Assembly (NCBI GenBank): GCA_002633005.1
Contig: NMRA01000415.1
Location: 62,001 to 126,000, forward strand
Direction: 5' to 3'
Origin: Phoronis australis
Taxonomy: Eukaryota; Animalia; Phoronida
Length of the DNA stretch: 64,000 nt
In this document: piece after piece, positions 62,108 to 64,000 of the stretch
Layout of the letters: every line of letters starts with the position of its first letter
Position numbering within the stretch: position 1 is the stretch's first letter
Made by a program: the position numbers and the translations under genes
Notes under the pieces: model-generated
The model's database searches: none
Seen by the model: only the letters and a program-made list of their open reading frames with translations
What the model was told of the DNA's origin: nothing

Positions 62108-64000
62108 CTGTGGAGTAAGGCAAATTTCTACAGACTATCAACATGCATTGTCATCATAGCTCATAATATAGATCTAAATTGCACATTCAACTGGCTCACT
62201 TTATGATTGCTATTATAACATGTCCTCTAGGTATTTATTTTACCAACAGTTGAATGTGTTCCAACCAAGTCAAAGCAACATTAAACCATGATTTCTGTCA
62301 AAACAAGATTTTGATCTAGGCCACTCGCCATTACAAAATAAGTCTTGTCTTGTTTCTTACTCAGTTAAGAAATGATCTCTGAGCTCGGCAGAAAAATGAA
62401 ATTGTAAATCTTAAGACCAAGCTCATAATCACGCTGTGACCTACAGCTGACCGGCCATCAGGATAGAGTAGCAGTTGGTTGTCATGCTGATACCACTTTG
62501 CATGTCGATGCATATTCATCTTAGCACAGGGTCAAATAAATTAACCTAGTTTTACTGTCTCTGTTACATGAGTTCACATCCGTTGTGTAACACCACTAAT
62601 TCAAAGTGTAAAGGCAAGCGGTAATATCATTGAAATATGGACAGTGTCACAAGTTTTGGATAAAAAATGTGAATTTTTTCTTTACATTTGATCTTTAATT
62701 TGAATTGTGACGTTAACAAGCTGCACTGATTGGCTGCTTCCCGGTCAATACAACGCGGTAGTCATTTTGTAAACGCAGCTATTTTTGACAGTCTTCGCCC
62801 ACAATTGTTTTTTGTTTGTGTTGCGCCGAACTGCATCTTTTTGCGTTTTTAAAATTCTCCACGGGTCTTATCACGTGCCCAAGATGATGGGATTGTGAGT
62901 GAGTTCTTACATCGAAGAGCTCTCACTCCGAGGTTTTTATTTTCCTAAGATTAACCCTTGCAGTACAGACGCGAACTTCACGTTCCAGTGTGCCCTAAAC
63001 CCATGGACTTCGATGGCTCTAACTTCAAAACCATATGGTTACGATTTCCACGAACTTAGACAGTGACATCAAACACGGAATAACCACAGTTGAGGCTACA
63101 GCTTTGTTCAATTTGTTTTTAGTGCAAACGGTGACATTAAAATCTGCGCTAGTTACATGTATCAGTTCTTCGTTCACGTTGTCCCAAAAATAAATATTTT
63201 CTGTCAACAACAAATTGACAAGTCATGCAAAATAAAACAGTTTTGAACGGAAAGATGTGAATATGTGGTGAAGACGTATTTGTCTCTACACGGCATATGT
63301 GCCTGAATCTTTGGTAAAGTGATAGCGATGTCGAAAAAATGATAGAAAATAAACCAAAGTGCAGAATAATTCTTCTGTGCTCAGCTGAAAGAAGACCTAC
63401 AACAATTTTTTGAAACAGCACTCAATCTTAAAACAATTCTAGCACGAGTGCGCTTCATCAGAAATGCCAAGCACGTACATCATTGTAAGACAGAGACGTT
63501 GGTGTTTCTGTACGTCCACAAAAATGCTTTAAGCAGTGTGTACAAATCTGTTCATTTCGCTGATCTACACTGACGAATACGCCCAACACGGCGTTTTAAA
63601 AAAAGTCCACTTTTGAGGGCATTTTCAACAAGAGCAACGCGGAGCGTTGAAATGCGCCCACAATTGCACCGCATACGGTATCCTTCTAGGGTTGTTTATT
63701 GGTACCATAAAGTGGCCAGTAGAGGGCATACTTTGCAAAATGGAAAGGCATGGTCATTGTCTCCTCAATAGGCTAGGGGCAAAATGTGAGTAATCTTCAT
63801 AATACAAGCACATCCTATACACCAGTTGCTTAAAGCACCACAGAAACATAGAATTAAAAACAAATTTACCAACATACNGAATTACCGTATATGTTATAAC
63901 TGTGAATAGCACGTACGCGTACAATAAGCCATTCACATTAATTTATATCTGATCACAATTCACCCACTGCTTTGAAAATAAACAATCGTTTGGATAATTT

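Noticed and set aside
63754-63936. Upstream exon of the right-hand minus-strand gene
   Set aside because: The sequence resembles the repeat at ~57740-57890 (AAGCACCACAGAAAC...AAAAACAAATT) and has no convincing splice sites.

Overview
AT-rich, intron-containing eukaryotic DNA that looks like a marine invertebrate genome (strong TACATGTA enrichment, invertebrate transposon families). It has one 414-N assembly gap. Splicing by eye gives four protein-coding genes. (1) A + strand six-exon gene (7.2-20.0 kb) encodes a ZU5 domain, a putative UPA-like region and a C-terminal death effector domain (DED). (2) A - strand orphan gene has at least three phase-consistent exons (38.1-40.3 kb). (3) A + strand divergent VPS4-like AAA ATPase lies at 46.3-49.2 kb. 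(4) The 3' end of a - strand gene (59.3-62.1 kb) has a GC-AG intron and two candidate terminal exons. The rest is a patchwork of decayed mobile DNA: RTE and RTEX/CR1-like LINE fragments, a Sola3-like element, a hAT deletion derivative plus its MITE, a Kolobok-like THAP element, THAP and SAP remnants, tRNA-derived SINEs, and a Penelope-type minimal hammerhead motif. There is also a tiny LTR element with a tRNA-like sequence in its LTR (Helenus/TRIM-like), split by a long-TIR element with a 9-bp TSD. All assignments come from manual motif recognition; no database search was run.
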